The notes beneath the pieces are model-generated. The model did no database searches, was not told the DNA's origin, and worked only from the letters and a program-made list of their open reading frames with translations. The translations under genes were made by a program, and so were the position numbers. From Candidatus Kryptoniota bacterium (GTDB lineage Bacteria > Bacteroidota > Ignavibacteria > Kryptoniales > JAKASW01): DNA of 64,000 bases. Every line of letters starts with the position of its first letter. Position 1 is the first letter of the stretch. The stretch spans positions 98,188-162,187 of the forward strand of contig JAHECO010000005.1 of assembly GCA_024641705.1 (NCBI GenBank). Direction: 5' to 3'. This document shows, piece by piece, positions 19,160 to 28,458 of the stretch.

Positions 19160-20035
19160 TTGAATTCGCGGCTCCGGGGTTACGCGAGTATATTTGCGGC
19201 GGCTTTCTTTTGGGGATCATCGGCTACCGCGGCGAAATTTCTTTTCCAGCACGACATCTCACCGATGCTCCTCGTCCAATCGCGGGTTATCATCGCCGCC
19301 CTTCTCCTGGCGGTCATCCTTCTTCTGGTAAACAGGAGACTCCTTATTGTATCGCCGCGGGACATCATAGACTTTGCATTGCTGGGGGTTATAGGAGTTG
19401 CCGGGGCGAACTACGCCTACTACATGGCGATCCAGGTGACGAACGTCGGTATCGCGATCCTGATGCAGTATACCGCCCCTGTATTGGTCGCCGTGTACAT
19501 GCTCGTTAGTGGGCAGGAGAAGATCAGCAGGATCAAAACGCTCGCGATAGTACTTTCGCTCGGGGGAAGCGCCGCGATGCTCGGTGCATTCAGTCCGGGT
19601 GTTCACATTACGGCGGTGGGGATATTTCTCGGCATCGTCTCGGCGGTGTGTTTTGCCTTTTTTAATGTCTACAATAAAATAGCCAGCAAGCAATATTCGA
19701 TCTGGACAGCCGTCACCTGGACACTCATCTGTGCCGGCATCTTCTGGATCGCACTTGATTGTGTTACGGGAACCGCGGCAGCGCATCTCGGTTATTATGA
19801 ACTTGCGATGCTCGCAGGTTTTTCGATCAGCTCCGTACTTATTCCTTACTATTTCTATTTTACCGGCTTGAAACATCTCGCCGCTTCCACTGCCATAATC
19901 GTTTCCACACTGGAACCTGTTGTGGCGATCTCAACTTCGTTTCTTTTCCTCGGAGAAAGCATGCAGCTGTCGCAGATAGCGGGAGGAATATTCATCGTCG
20001 GGGCTGTAATTTTGCTCGAGGTGTTCAAGGAATGA
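19160..20035 (+). CDS. EamA/DMT family transporter
   Basis: 291 aa and about 10 TM helices in two EamA-like halves (FFWGSSATAAKF..., ...STLEPVVAISTSFLFLGE). Confidence 0.8.
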   Translation: MNSRLRGYASIFAAAFFWGSSATAAKFLFQHDISPMLLVQSRVIIAALLLAVILLLVNRRLLIVSPRDIIDFALLGVIGVAGANYAYYMAIQVTNVGIAILMQYTAPVLVAVYMLVSGQEKISRIKTLAIVLSLGGSAAMLGAFSPGVHITAVGIFLGIVSAVCFAFFNVYNKIASKQYSIWTAVTWTLICAGIFWIALDCVTGTAAAHLGYYELAMLAGFSISSVLIPYYFYFTGLKHLAASTAIIVSTLEPVVAISTSFLFLGESMQLSQIAGGIFIVGAVILLEVFKE

Positions 20036-20613
20036 AGTCCGATAGAAGGATCGAGAAGTTGTCAAGGGCGTTGAGGCTCACGCAGCCCGATTTGACAGTG
20101 GTACTCGAAAACATACATGACCCCCATAACGTCAGCGCCATACTCCGGACATGCGATGCCGTCGGTGTGAGGAAGGTGAACTTACTGTACACGGCCGAGT
20201 CATTCCCGAAGATCGGCAAGAAGAGTTCGGCAAGTGCATATAAGTGGGTTGAAAGAAGGAATTTCAGATCGGTAGAAACATGTTATAAAACGCTGCACGA
20301 AGAGGGGCATGTTGTCGCTGCAAGCGTCGTCGGCGAGGGTTCCGTTTCCCTCTACGACGTCGACATGGTCGGCAAGGTTGCGCTGGTGTTCGGCAACGAA
20401 CACAGGGGAGTTACGCAAGAGGCGGCTTCATCCGCGGACGTGCGCTTCCAGATTCCGATGCACGGGATGGTACAGAGCCTGAACGTCTCCGTTGCCTGCG
20501 CGATAACTCTCTACGAGGCTCTGCGCCAGAGGATCAAGTCCGGGGACATCGGGAGAGTGAAGCTGTCGGAATCGGAGTTTGAAAAGACTCTGGAGGAGTG
20601 GCAGAGAAAGTGA
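20032..20613 (+). CDS. SpoU/TrmH family RNA 2'-O-methyltransferase
   Basis: 193 aa. SPOUT motifs are present: LENIHDPHNVSAILRTCDAVG, LVFGNEHRGV and IPMHGMVQSLNVSVA. The ATGA overlaps the previous gene. Confidence 0.88.
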   Translation: MKSDRRIEKLSRALRLTQPDLTVVLENIHDPHNVSAILRTCDAVGVRKVNLLYTAESFPKIGKKSSASAYKWVERRNFRSVETCYKTLHEEGHVVAASVVGEGSVSLYDVDMVGKVALVFGNEHRGVTQEAASSADVRFQIPMHGMVQSLNVSVACAITLYEALRQRIKSGDIGRVKLSESEFEKTLEEWQRK

Positions 20614-20818
20614 GAAGCTCTCCGTGCGGTAAGTGATTATCTTCCCCTGGAAGGCCTCGCCCCGCTGGATGCACCGCCGGGGGCACGGCACCGCAGGGAG
20701 GTCAACCGGTGGAAGAAGAGGGTAGAGGCTCGAGGCCGGGTCGTCGCGCCCGGGTGAGAAATCCAGTCGGTTGACTTTCTCCGAATCGTGAAGTAAAATT
20801 CGATGAGTCGAGACCGCC

Positions 20819-21874
20819 ATGGCAGAAATCCTAACTCTCAAGAACATTCTTCAGGAACACACGGTCGAGGGGGAATTATATCGCAAACTCGAGGACGAAT
20901 GGGTGCTTTGCTACGCCTGCGGTCACAGGTGCAAGATAAAGCCCGGCCGTGACGGAGTCTGCAGGGTACGCTTCAACAGGGGAGGTAAACTCATGGTGCC
21001 TTCAGGCTACGCGGCGGGCATCCAGCTCGATCCGATCGAGAAGAAACCCTTCTTCCACGCTTTCCCGGGCGGTAATGCGCTTAGTTTCGGAATGCTCGGC
21101 TGCGATTACCATTGCAGCTACTGTCAGAACTGGATCACGAGCCAGGCATTAAGGGACCCTGCGGCGAGCGCTCTCCCCGAATTCATCAGCCCGGAGAAGA
21201 TTGTGGAACTGGCGCTCGTCTACAAGTCGCCTGTCCTTGTATCCACCTACAACGAACCCCTGATCACGAGTGAATGGGCGGTCGAAATACTGAAGCTTGC
21301 GAAAGCCTACCGGATACATGGAGCTTATGTCTCCAACGGAAACGCCACGCCCGAGGTGCTGGAGTACATCCGTCCTTACGTCGATCTTTACAAGGTCGAC
21401 CTGAAGGGTTTCGACGACAGGAGATATCGACAGCTTGGAGGGAGGCTGGACGTCGTGCTTGATGCCATACGGATGCTCAAGGAAAAAGAGTTCTGGGTCG
21501 AGATCGTGACGCTGATAGTACCCGGGTTTAATGACGGTGAGGACGAGTTGAAAGGCATTGCGAAATTCATCGCGTCCGTATCTCCTGAGATACCGTGGCA
21601 CGTAACCGCGTTTCACCAGGATTACAGGATGCTCGGCAGGGGCAGCACGAGCGTGAAGTCGCTACAGAGGGCTGCCAGGATCGGCAAAGAGGCCGGACTA
21701 CATTATGTCTATGCAGGGAACCTGCCCGGCATGGTAGAGAGTCTCGAGAATACATACTGTCCGGGATGCGGGACCCTGCTTATCGAAAGAGAAGGTTACA
21801 GGGTAATGAGGAACAGTCTGGTTGACGGGATGTGTCCCGGCTGTTCGAGGAGGATTCCGGGAGTATGGAAGTAG
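20819..21874 (+). CDS. amrS: AmmeMemoRadiSam system radical SAM enzyme
   Basis: 351 aa. An N-terminal C-rich segment CYACGHRC...GVCRVR is present, plus the radical-SAM CxxxCxxC motif (CDYHCSYCQN) and a C-terminal CPGCG...CPGC. AMMECR1 and MEMO genes follow directly. Confidence 0.88.
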   Translation: MAEILTLKNILQEHTVEGELYRKLEDEWVLCYACGHRCKIKPGRDGVCRVRFNRGGKLMVPSGYAAGIQLDPIEKKPFFHAFPGGNALSFGMLGCDYHCSYCQNWITSQALRDPAASALPEFISPEKIVELALVYKSPVLVSTYNEPLITSEWAVEILKLAKAYRIHGAYVSNGNATPEVLEYIRPYVDLYKVDLKGFDDRRYRQLGGRLDVVLDAIRMLKEKEFWVEIVTLIVPGFNDGEDELKGIAKFIASVSPEIPWHVTAFHQDYRMLGRGSTSVKSLQRAARIGKEAGLHYVYAGNLPGMVESLENTYCPGCGTLLIEREGYRVMRNSLVDGMCPGCSRRIPGVWK

Positions 21875-22464
21875 AATTCACATTCACACCGGAGGAGAAG
21901 GCCAGACTCCTGACGATAGCCAGGGAGTCCGCAGTCGCAGTCGTCTCCGACAAAGAGTATAACCCGGCAGAACCTGCAGAAGCCGGCTTGCGACAGAAGG
22001 CCGGGGCATTTGTGACGCTTCACCTCCATGGCGAGCTGAGAGGATGCATCGGCATCATCGAGCCGTACCTGCCTGTCTATCAGGCGGTATCGCAGATGGC
22101 GGCAAAAGCCGCCATTGCAGATCCGAGGTTCGAGAGTGTCGCGCAATCCGAAATGGGCGAGATCGAAATCGAAATCTCGGTTCTCTCTCCGCTTAAGAAA
22201 ATCGACAGTCCGGAAGAAGTGGTCGTGGGAAAACACGGTGTCCTTATCGAGAAGGGATATTATCGTGGACTCCTTCTTCCGCAAGTTGCGACAGAAAACG
22301 GCTGGGACAGGGAACAGTTCCTGAGGTATGTTTGTCTGAAAGCTGGACTGGATAAAGAGGACTACAAAGATCCCGCTTCGAAGCTTCTCGTTTTCACGGC
22401 TGAGGTTTTCGGAGAGGGAGAAGTAAAGAGAGAACAGGAGAAGAAAATCGTTGAAAGAACGTGA
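21865..22464 (+). CDS. amrA: AMMECR1 domain protein (AmmeMemoRadiSam system protein A)
   Basis: Preferred ATG 21865 overlaps the amrS end. GAFVTLHLHGELRGCIG and LSPL...GKHGVLIEKGYYRGLLLPQV are AMMECR1 hallmarks. Confidence 0.88.
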   Translation: MEVEFTFTPEEKARLLTIARESAVAVVSDKEYNPAEPAEAGLRQKAGAFVTLHLHGELRGCIGIIEPYLPVYQAVSQMAAKAAIADPRFESVAQSEMGEIEIEISVLSPLKKIDSPEEVVVGKHGVLIEKGYYRGLLLPQVATENGWDREQFLRYVCLKAGLDKEDYKDPASKLLVFTAEVFGEGEVKREQEKKIVERT

Positions 22465-23290
22465 CTACGTTCGCCCTCCCGCCGTTGCCGGGCTCTTCTA
22501 TCCTTCGGAGAAGGACGAGCTGCAGAAGACCTGCTTGAAGTTTATCGAGAACTCGAGGGCGGAATTGAAGACTAAGCCTCACGTCAAACTGTTCGGGATC
22601 ATCTCGCCGCACGCAGGCTACCCGTACAGCGGATTCACTGCGGCGCACGGTTACTCTCTCCTGAAAGAAAATGAATTTGAGACTGTCGTGATCATCGCGC
22701 CCAGCCACCGGGAGTACTTCGACGGGATTTCCGTTTTCTCAGGGAAGGCATATTCTACACCGCTGGGGGAAATTGAGGTGGACAACGCCCTGCGCGACGC
22801 TTTCATCGAGACTGCGGGTGAAATCGTGATCGAGTCACGGGCGGGGCATAAGTCCGAACATGCGCTGGAGGTTCAGCTCCCTTTTCTTCAACTCACGCTT
22901 GGAAGGTTCAAGCTCCTCCCGATCATAATGGGTGATCAGAACCGGAGATATTGCAGGATACTGGGGAAGGTCATCGCGGACATAACCGCTGGTGTTAAGG
23001 CGCTGGTCGTCGCGAGTTCAGACCTGTCGCATTACTACGATTATGATACTGCCAACGATATTGACAGCATCTGCATCTCAGATATATCCAGCCTTGACCC
23101 CGACAAGCTGATGGATGACCTTGAAAGCCGGCGTTGCGAAGCGTGTGGGGGAGGCCCGATATCTTCTCTACTCTATGCTGCCAGGAACGTCGGTGTCGGT
23201 AAGTCTGATATTCTTTATCACTGCAATTCTGGCGACACCACGGGAGATAAGAGCGGAGTTGTCGGGTACTTGTCGGCTGTTATCTCATGA
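22451..23290 (+). CDS. amrB: MEMO1-family protein (AmmeMemoRadiSam system protein B)
   Basis: The TTG start gives (M)KERDYVRPPAVAGLFYP, the typical MEMO N-terminus. ISPHAGYPYSG, APSH and SSDLSHY metal-site motifs are present. Confidence 0.88.
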   Translation: MKERDYVRPPAVAGLFYPSEKDELQKTCLKFIENSRAELKTKPHVKLFGIISPHAGYPYSGFTAAHGYSLLKENEFETVVIIAPSHREYFDGISVFSGKAYSTPLGEIEVDNALRDAFIETAGEIVIESRAGHKSEHALEVQLPFLQLTLGRFKLLPIIMGDQNRRYCRILGKVIADITAGVKALVVASSDLSHYYDYDTANDIDSICISDISSLDPDKLMDDLESRRCEACGGGPISSLLYAARNVGVGKSDILYHCNSGDTTGDKSGVVGYLSAVIS

Positions 23291-24180
23291 GCCGAAAAGG
23301 TGTCCGTTTCTCAATTGTGGGCCCCGGCAGGGTCGGCTCAAGTCTTGGCAGGGCGCTGGTCGAGGAAGGGTGGTGTTGCGACACTGTCATTGGGGCGATC
23401 GACCGGGTATCGGAAAGACGTGAAGTCAAGAAGTACCTTGGTGCAGCAAGGTTTGCCGCTTCTCTGACCGGGCTCGGGCCGGAGTTCGACATACTTTTTG
23501 TTACTGTAGGGGACGACCAGGTAGAGAATGTCGCGAAGGCACTGGGGGATGTTCCCGGAATTAGTTGGGACGGTAAGGTGGTACTCCATGCCAGTGGAAT
23601 CGTCGAAGTGGATGCCCTGAGTAGACTCAAGAACTCCGGCGCCATGACAGGGGCTTTGCATCCCGTATCGGCTTTCGCCTCGAGGTTCGCTGCCGATGCT
23701 GCACGTGATATATATTATGATTTTCTTGGCGATCCGCAGGCTCTTCCGATAGCGCGTAGAATAACAAAGCTTCTATCGTCAAAACTGCTGCTCATGCGGA
23801 CGGAGAAGGACCGTCTGCTCCTTCACACCGCGAGCGTTGTCGTCTCGAATTTCACTGTAATAGGAATGCTTACCGCTCGCAGAATGATCTCGGGTTTCAG
23901 TAAAGAGAGCGATGCTAAGGTTCTGTTAGATAAACTATTAAAGTCGACCGTCGGGAATCTCGCCAGGCGGACTGGATCGGGGTCTTTGACCGGGCCACTG
24001 GCAAGGGGTGATCTGAGTGTGATCAGGAAACATCTCGAATCGCTTGAAAGTGATAGTTCATTGTTGCAGTTTTACAAGTCGGCGTCGTTGCTCGGGATAA
24101 AAAGCCTCCTGGCTGATGAGCTGGACCCGGACAGGAAACGGAATCTGTTGAAGATCAAAGACTTGTTGGAGGCAGAATGA
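23287..24180 (+). CDS. Rossmann-like plus DUF2520 domain protein (predicted oxidoreductase)
   Basis: 297 aa. SIVGPGRVGSSLGRAL is the dinucleotide-binding loop, and the C-terminus carries LTGPLARGD, typical of DUF2520/COG5495. ATGA overlaps occur at both ends. Confidence 0.7.
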   Translation: MSRKGVRFSIVGPGRVGSSLGRALVEEGWCCDTVIGAIDRVSERREVKKYLGAARFAASLTGLGPEFDILFVTVGDDQVENVAKALGDVPGISWDGKVVLHASGIVEVDALSRLKNSGAMTGALHPVSAFASRFAADAARDIYYDFLGDPQALPIARRITKLLSSKLLLMRTEKDRLLLHTASVVVSNFTVIGMLTARRMISGFSKESDAKVLLDKLLKSTVGNLARRTGSGSLTGPLARGDLSVIRKHLESLESDSSLLQFYKSASLLGIKSLLADELDPDRKRNLLKIKDLLEAE

Positions 24181-25253
24181 CTTTTAAGGCGCTTATCGCC
24201 AGCGGTGGACGCGGAACACGGTTAAGACCCATTACTCACACCCAGAACAAACACCTCATACCAATTGCAAACAAGCCCATTCTGCATTATGCCATAGAAG
24301 CGGCTGTTTCTGCGGGAATAAAAGAGATCGGGATAGTGACGAATGCTGACAGCGACGAAGTCCCCAAAGCGATCGGCGACGGCTCCATGTGGGGAGTGCG
24401 GATGACGTATATCCCTCAGGACGCTCCCAGGGGGCTGGCACACGTTGTAAAAATAGCCGAGCCTTTCATCGGAAAGGATAATTTCATCTTCTACCTCGGA
24501 GACAACATGGTTGTCGGCGGCGTGAAGAGATATCTTGATGAATTTGAGAAGAGTGGAACGAACTGTTACCTCACTCTGGCGAAGGTCAAGGACCCGGAGA
24601 GGTTCGGCGTTCCGGAGATCAAGAAGGGAATGATCGTAAGGGTAGAGGAGAAGCCGAGGAAGCCGAAGAGCAGTTATGCAGTTGCCGGAATCTACATCTA
24701 CGATAGCAGTATCTTCGAAGCCGTAAAGAAGATAAAACCGAGCGCACGCGGCGAACTGGAAATCTCCGATGCCCATCAATATCTGATCGATCACGGCCGC
24801 AAGATAGGTTTCTCGGAGATTACCGGGTGGTGGAAAGACACCGGAAAGCCTCTGGATCTCCTCGAGGCAAATAGGCTGATACTCGAGAATACTGATCCCG
24901 GGATCGAGGATGGAGTCGAGGTCGACTCCCACAGCGACATCGCGGGGAGGGTCGTACTCCAGAAGGGGTGCAGGGTTGTCCGCAGTAAAGTCAGAGGACC
25001 TGCGATAATTGGAGAGGGCGCTATCATCGAGAACAGCTATATCGGCCCCTTTACATCGATTGGCGCCGGCACTCAAGTGATAAACAGCGAGGTTGAATAC
25101 AGTATCGTGCTGAAAAGCTGCAGGATCCTTGACGCTGGTATGCGAATTGAGGGGAGTCTTCTCGGGAACGATGTTGAAATCGTCCGGGCGGACGGGAAAC
25201 CCAGGGTTCAGCGCTTCATGATCGGAGACCAAAGTCGTGTCGAGGTTGCCTAA
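24177..25253 (+). CDS. sugar-1-phosphate nucleotidyltransferase, long form (glucose-1-phosphate thymidylyltransferase-like with C-terminal left-handed beta-helix)
   Basis: 358 aa. ASGGRGTRLRPITHTQNKHLIPIANKP is the nucleotidyltransferase signature. Hexapeptide-like repeats occupy the C-terminal third. Confidence 0.8.
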   Translation: MTFKALIASGGRGTRLRPITHTQNKHLIPIANKPILHYAIEAAVSAGIKEIGIVTNADSDEVPKAIGDGSMWGVRMTYIPQDAPRGLAHVVKIAEPFIGKDNFIFYLGDNMVVGGVKRYLDEFEKSGTNCYLTLAKVKDPERFGVPEIKKGMIVRVEEKPRKPKSSYAVAGIYIYDSSIFEAVKKIKPSARGELEISDAHQYLIDHGRKIGFSEITGWWKDTGKPLDLLEANRLILENTDPGIEDGVEVDSHSDIAGRVVLQKGCRVVRSKVRGPAIIGEGAIIENSYIGPFTSIGAGTQVINSEVEYSIVLKSCRILDAGMRIEGSLLGNDVEIVRADGKPRVQRFMIGDQSRVEVA

Positions 25254-25270
25254 CGAAAGGAGGAACAGCC

Positions 25271-26053
25271 ATGGACTTCAAGGCTGTCATTTACAAAAAG
25301 GTTGAACACGCGGCGGTCGTTACAATCAACCGTCCGAACAAACTGAATGCACTTGACGCGGAAATCATAGATGAGCTGGACCAGGCTCTCGGGGTTGCCG
25401 AGACGGACAAGGACGTCGCGGCAGTAGTGATTACCGGGGCGGGCGATAGGGCGTTCGTCGCGGGTGCGGACATATCGAAAATCAAGGAGCTTACCGTAAT
25501 CACGGCGAAGGATTTTTCCGAACGCGGACAGGCGCTCTTCAACAAAATAGAGAAATTCAGGAAGCCAGTGATTGCTGCCGTCAACGGCTACGCGCTCGGA
25601 GGCGGGAGCGAACTCTCCTGGGCATGCCATATCCGCATCGCTTCCAGCGCGGCCAAGTTCGGACAGCCCGAGGTGAACCTCGGAATAATTCCCGGTTACG
25701 GAGGTACGCAAAGGCTCTCGAGGCTGGTCGGCCGCGGTATTGCCACTGAGCTGATCGTAACCGGCGAACAGATTGATGCAGCGACCGCGTACCAGATGCA
25801 CCTGGTGAACAAGGTCGTGGAGCCGGCCGAGTTGATACCAACCGCACTGAAGATTGTCGAATCGATAGCCCAGAGAGCCCCGATCGCAGTACGCCTTGCG
25901 CTGCAGGCGCTCGACGCTTCCGTCCAGCTTCCCCAGGACGAAGGGATGAAGATCGAAGCGCAGCTCTTCGCTCTTTCTTGCGGCACCGCCGACCAGAAGG
26001 AAGGAGTAGCGGCATTTCTCGAGAAGCGCAAACCGGTTTGGAAAGGGGCCTGA
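25271..26053 (+). CDS. enoyl-CoA hydratase/isomerase (crotonase family)
   Basis: 260 aa. ITGAGDRAFVAGADI and AAVNGYALGGGSELSWACHIR form the oxyanion hole and catalytic Glu region. AAGGAGG precedes the ATG. Confidence 0.9.
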   Translation: MDFKAVIYKKVEHAAVVTINRPNKLNALDAEIIDELDQALGVAETDKDVAAVVITGAGDRAFVAGADISKIKELTVITAKDFSERGQALFNKIEKFRKPVIAAVNGYALGGGSELSWACHIRIASSAAKFGQPEVNLGIIPGYGGTQRLSRLVGRGIATELIVTGEQIDAATAYQMHLVNKVVEPAELIPTALKIVESIAQRAPIAVRLALQALDASVQLPQDEGMKIEAQLFALSCGTADQKEGVAAFLEKRKPVWKGA

Positions 26054-26114
26054 TTCCGCCACGGACGGGGTTCATCTTTCATAAGCCTGCGCATTTTCGT
26101 ACATTATTGACGAG

Positions 26115-27224
26115 ATGTCGACCGGCGCAAAGAATAGAGTGATTGTCGCGATGAGCGGGGGCGTTGATTCCTCCGTCGCCGCTGCCATCATGGCCAAACA
26201 GGGGTATGAGGTAGTCGGGGCTACAATTAAGACTTACGATTACGAGGATGTCGGCGGCAATGACAGCCGGGAGTCTAGTTGCTGTTCGATCGACGGGATC
26301 AATATGGCCCGGAGCATCGCGAGCAAGTTCGGTTTTCCCCACTACGTCTTTGACTTCAGCGACAGATTCAGAACAGAGGTTATCGATCAATTTGTCGGCG
26401 AGTACCTGGCGGGTCGCACCCCCAATCCGTGCGTCATCTGCAACAGAAAAATAAAGTGGGAGTATCTTCTTGAGAAGGCGGACAGCCTGGGAGCCGATTT
26501 CATCTGTACCGGTCATTACGCGAGTGTGAGGCACGACGAAAGCCTTGGGCGATACGTCCTCTCCCGCGGCAAGGATGCGGGCAAGGATCAGTCGTATGCG
26601 CTCTACGGTCTGACGCAGGCGAGCCTGAGCAGGACCATCTTTCCGCTTGGAGCGATGTCGAAGCCGGAAGTTCGTCAGTTGGCGCTCGAGTACGGCGTTG
26701 CCAGCGCGATGAAGCCGGAGAGCTACGAAATATGCTTTGTCGCGGACAACGACTACGGGCGGTTCCTCCGCGATGCGGTCCCCGGCCTTGGTGATAAGTT
26801 AGGCGGCGGCGAGATCGTTCTCGACGGCGAAACTATCGGGAAGCACAATGGCTATGCTTTTTACACGATAGGACAGAGGAGAGGGCTCGGCGTCAGCCAT
26901 GAAGAACCTTTGTACGTGAAGAAGATTGACGCAGCTCACAACATCGTGGAAGTAGACGTCGACGAGAAGTTATATTCCAGAGTCCTGACAGCCGAGCGCG
27001 TGAACATGGTCAAATACGCGACGATTCCGCAGGGAAGGAAACTAAAAGCGAAAATCCGATACAAAGACAGCGGGGCAGACTGTGTCGTCAGACAGATTGC
27101 GGACGACAGAATCGAAGTAGAGTTTGCCTCGCCGCGAAGGGCAATAACACCGGGACAGAGCGTCGTTGTTTACGAAGGCGACGATGTTGTCGCGGGCGGC
27201 ATAATATCCAACATACTGGAATGA
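26115..27224 (+). CDS. mnmA: tRNA 2-thiouridine(34) synthase MnmA
   Basis: 369 aa. VAMSGGVDSSVAA is the PP-loop. The TPNPCVICNRKIKW and TGHYA motifs are present. Confidence 0.92.
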   Translation: MSTGAKNRVIVAMSGGVDSSVAAAIMAKQGYEVVGATIKTYDYEDVGGNDSRESSCCSIDGINMARSIASKFGFPHYVFDFSDRFRTEVIDQFVGEYLAGRTPNPCVICNRKIKWEYLLEKADSLGADFICTGHYASVRHDESLGRYVLSRGKDAGKDQSYALYGLTQASLSRTIFPLGAMSKPEVRQLALEYGVASAMKPESYEICFVADNDYGRFLRDAVPGLGDKLGGGEIVLDGETIGKHNGYAFYTIGQRRGLGVSHEEPLYVKKIDAAHNIVEVDVDEKLYSRVLTAERVNMVKYATIPQGRKLKAKIRYKDSGADCVVRQIADDRIEVEFASPRRAITPGQSVVVYEGDDVVAGGIISNILE

Positions 27225-27225
27225 C

Positions 27226-27633
27226 ATGGCGAAATATTCGGTATTGATCGCCGACGACGACGAATCACAGCGGAACGTACAGAAACTAGTGTTTGCGGAA
27301 GTCGCCAAAGCTCTGGGTGCCGAGCTCAAGATCGACGAGTCGGCAGACAGCCTGGAAACCAGGAAATGCCTCGAAGAGAAGGCGTACGATCTCATCATCA
27401 TGGACAACGAGTTCAAGGATGATTCGGCCCCGGGACATCTACCGGGAATTGCGCTCCTACAGATCATGAGAAAGAGCGGCCCAAATGCTGATGCCGCAGC
27501 CGTCTTCTGCAGCGGAGATCCCTACGACACACTTAAGCCGATGGCTGAGAAGTACAATGCGGTCTACTATCCGAAGGCGAAGGCCGACGCGGAAGAAATG
27601 ACCAATATGTACGTGAGATTGCTTAAGAAGTAA
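27226..27633 (+). CDS. single-domain response regulator (receiver only)
   Basis: 135 aa. It has the acidic pair LIADDDE, a phospho-acceptor context DLIIMDNEF, and downstream CSGD and YYPKA (conserved Ser/Thr and Lys positions). The start lies 1 nt after the mnmA stop. Confidence 0.75.
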   Translation: MAKYSVLIADDDESQRNVQKLVFAEVAKALGAELKIDESADSLETRKCLEEKAYDLIIMDNEFKDDSAPGHLPGIALLQIMRKSGPNADAAAVFCSGDPYDTLKPMAEKYNAVYYPKAKADAEEMTNMYVRLLKK

Positions 27634-27750
27634 CCGCCTGCGGTCTTTCGTCGTACTCGCAGTCCGTCAGCGTGAGTGATGGAGACTTACCTGCCCGCCA
27701 GTCCCCGCACTCAATTCCGTTTTTCCACAACGCATATGGAAGACCAACCC

Positions 27751-28458
27751 CTAGCGTGATGCGGCGTCTTTCTCAACAACCACTACGATGTGTTGAGCCT
27801 TGTCGACGAGACCTATGAGTACCCTGTCGATGATCCTCCATGTCCACAATGGTAGTTTTGTGAATATCCTTGGCATCCTCATTGTCGTCAGGATTTTGCT
27901 GCCGAAGACGAAGGACCTCTTATCGGCAGCGGCGGGGAAGTAGGATAGAAGTGTCGCACGGTCGAAACTGTGAAGATGAGCGTTCCATGGCGTTACTTGA
28001 TTGCAATGGATGCAGAGTGCGTATCTTATCTTTTCTTTGTACGGGGTCGACACGATCGCTCTTCCACCGGGCTTGAGCACGCGCCATATTTCGCCGGCAG
28101 CGGTCGCGGGATCGTTGAGGTGTTCGATTATCTCAGACGCGATGACGAATTCGACGGAGTCATTCCTGAAAGGGAGCCGCTGTGCATCGGCCATCACCGG
28201 CCCGGATGTATCCGACCTCAGAGACGCAAGGTTCTTCGGCGAGAGATCGACGTAAAAAATGTTGTCGTGCGGGATAGCCGAGGTCCAGCCCCCGCCGCTA
28301 CCTATGTCTACAATAGTGCGCGGCTGGCGGGCAAGTCCGACGATGAATTTCCTGAAGATCTTTTCATACGCACGGTCGTCGGGGTCCTGGTTCGTGAAGT
28401 AGTCGAAGTTTTCGGCGTCCGTGCGGTAGTGAGCTATGTAATCGGAACAGCGGTTCAA
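27751..28458 (-). CDS. class I SAM-dependent methyltransferase
   Basis: 235 aa. IVDIGSGGGW is motif I and LKPGGRAIVSTP is the post-II motif. A CIHC segment is also present. The gene overlaps the macro gene stop by 4 nt. Confidence 0.8.
   Translation of the reverse strand: MNRCSDYIAHYRTDAENFDYFTNQDPDDRAYEKIFRKFIVGLARQPRTIVDIGSGGGWTSAIPHDNIFYVDLSPKNLASLRSDTSGPVMADAQRLPFRNDSVEFVIASEIIEHLNDPATAAGEIWRVLKPGGRAIVSTPYKEKIRYALCIHCNQVTPWNAHLHSFDRATLLSYFPAAADKRSFVFGSKILTTMRMPRIFTKLPLWTWRIIDRVLIGLVDKAQHIVVVVEKDAASR

Noticed and set aside
24222-25232. A 336-aa minus-strand ORF. Similar long antisense ORFs occur at 6910..7668, 25250..26062, 16836..17576, 42659..43375, 47736..48470, 50341..51069, 9449..10231 and 1263..1847.
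   Set aside because: Each is fully contained in, and antisense or out of frame to, a gene with clear family motifs (nucleotidyltransferase, ruvA, crotonase, alr/manC, GH20-like, OMP, bi-domain oxidoreductase, MFS, nif3). None has a motif or a plausible ribosome-binding site.
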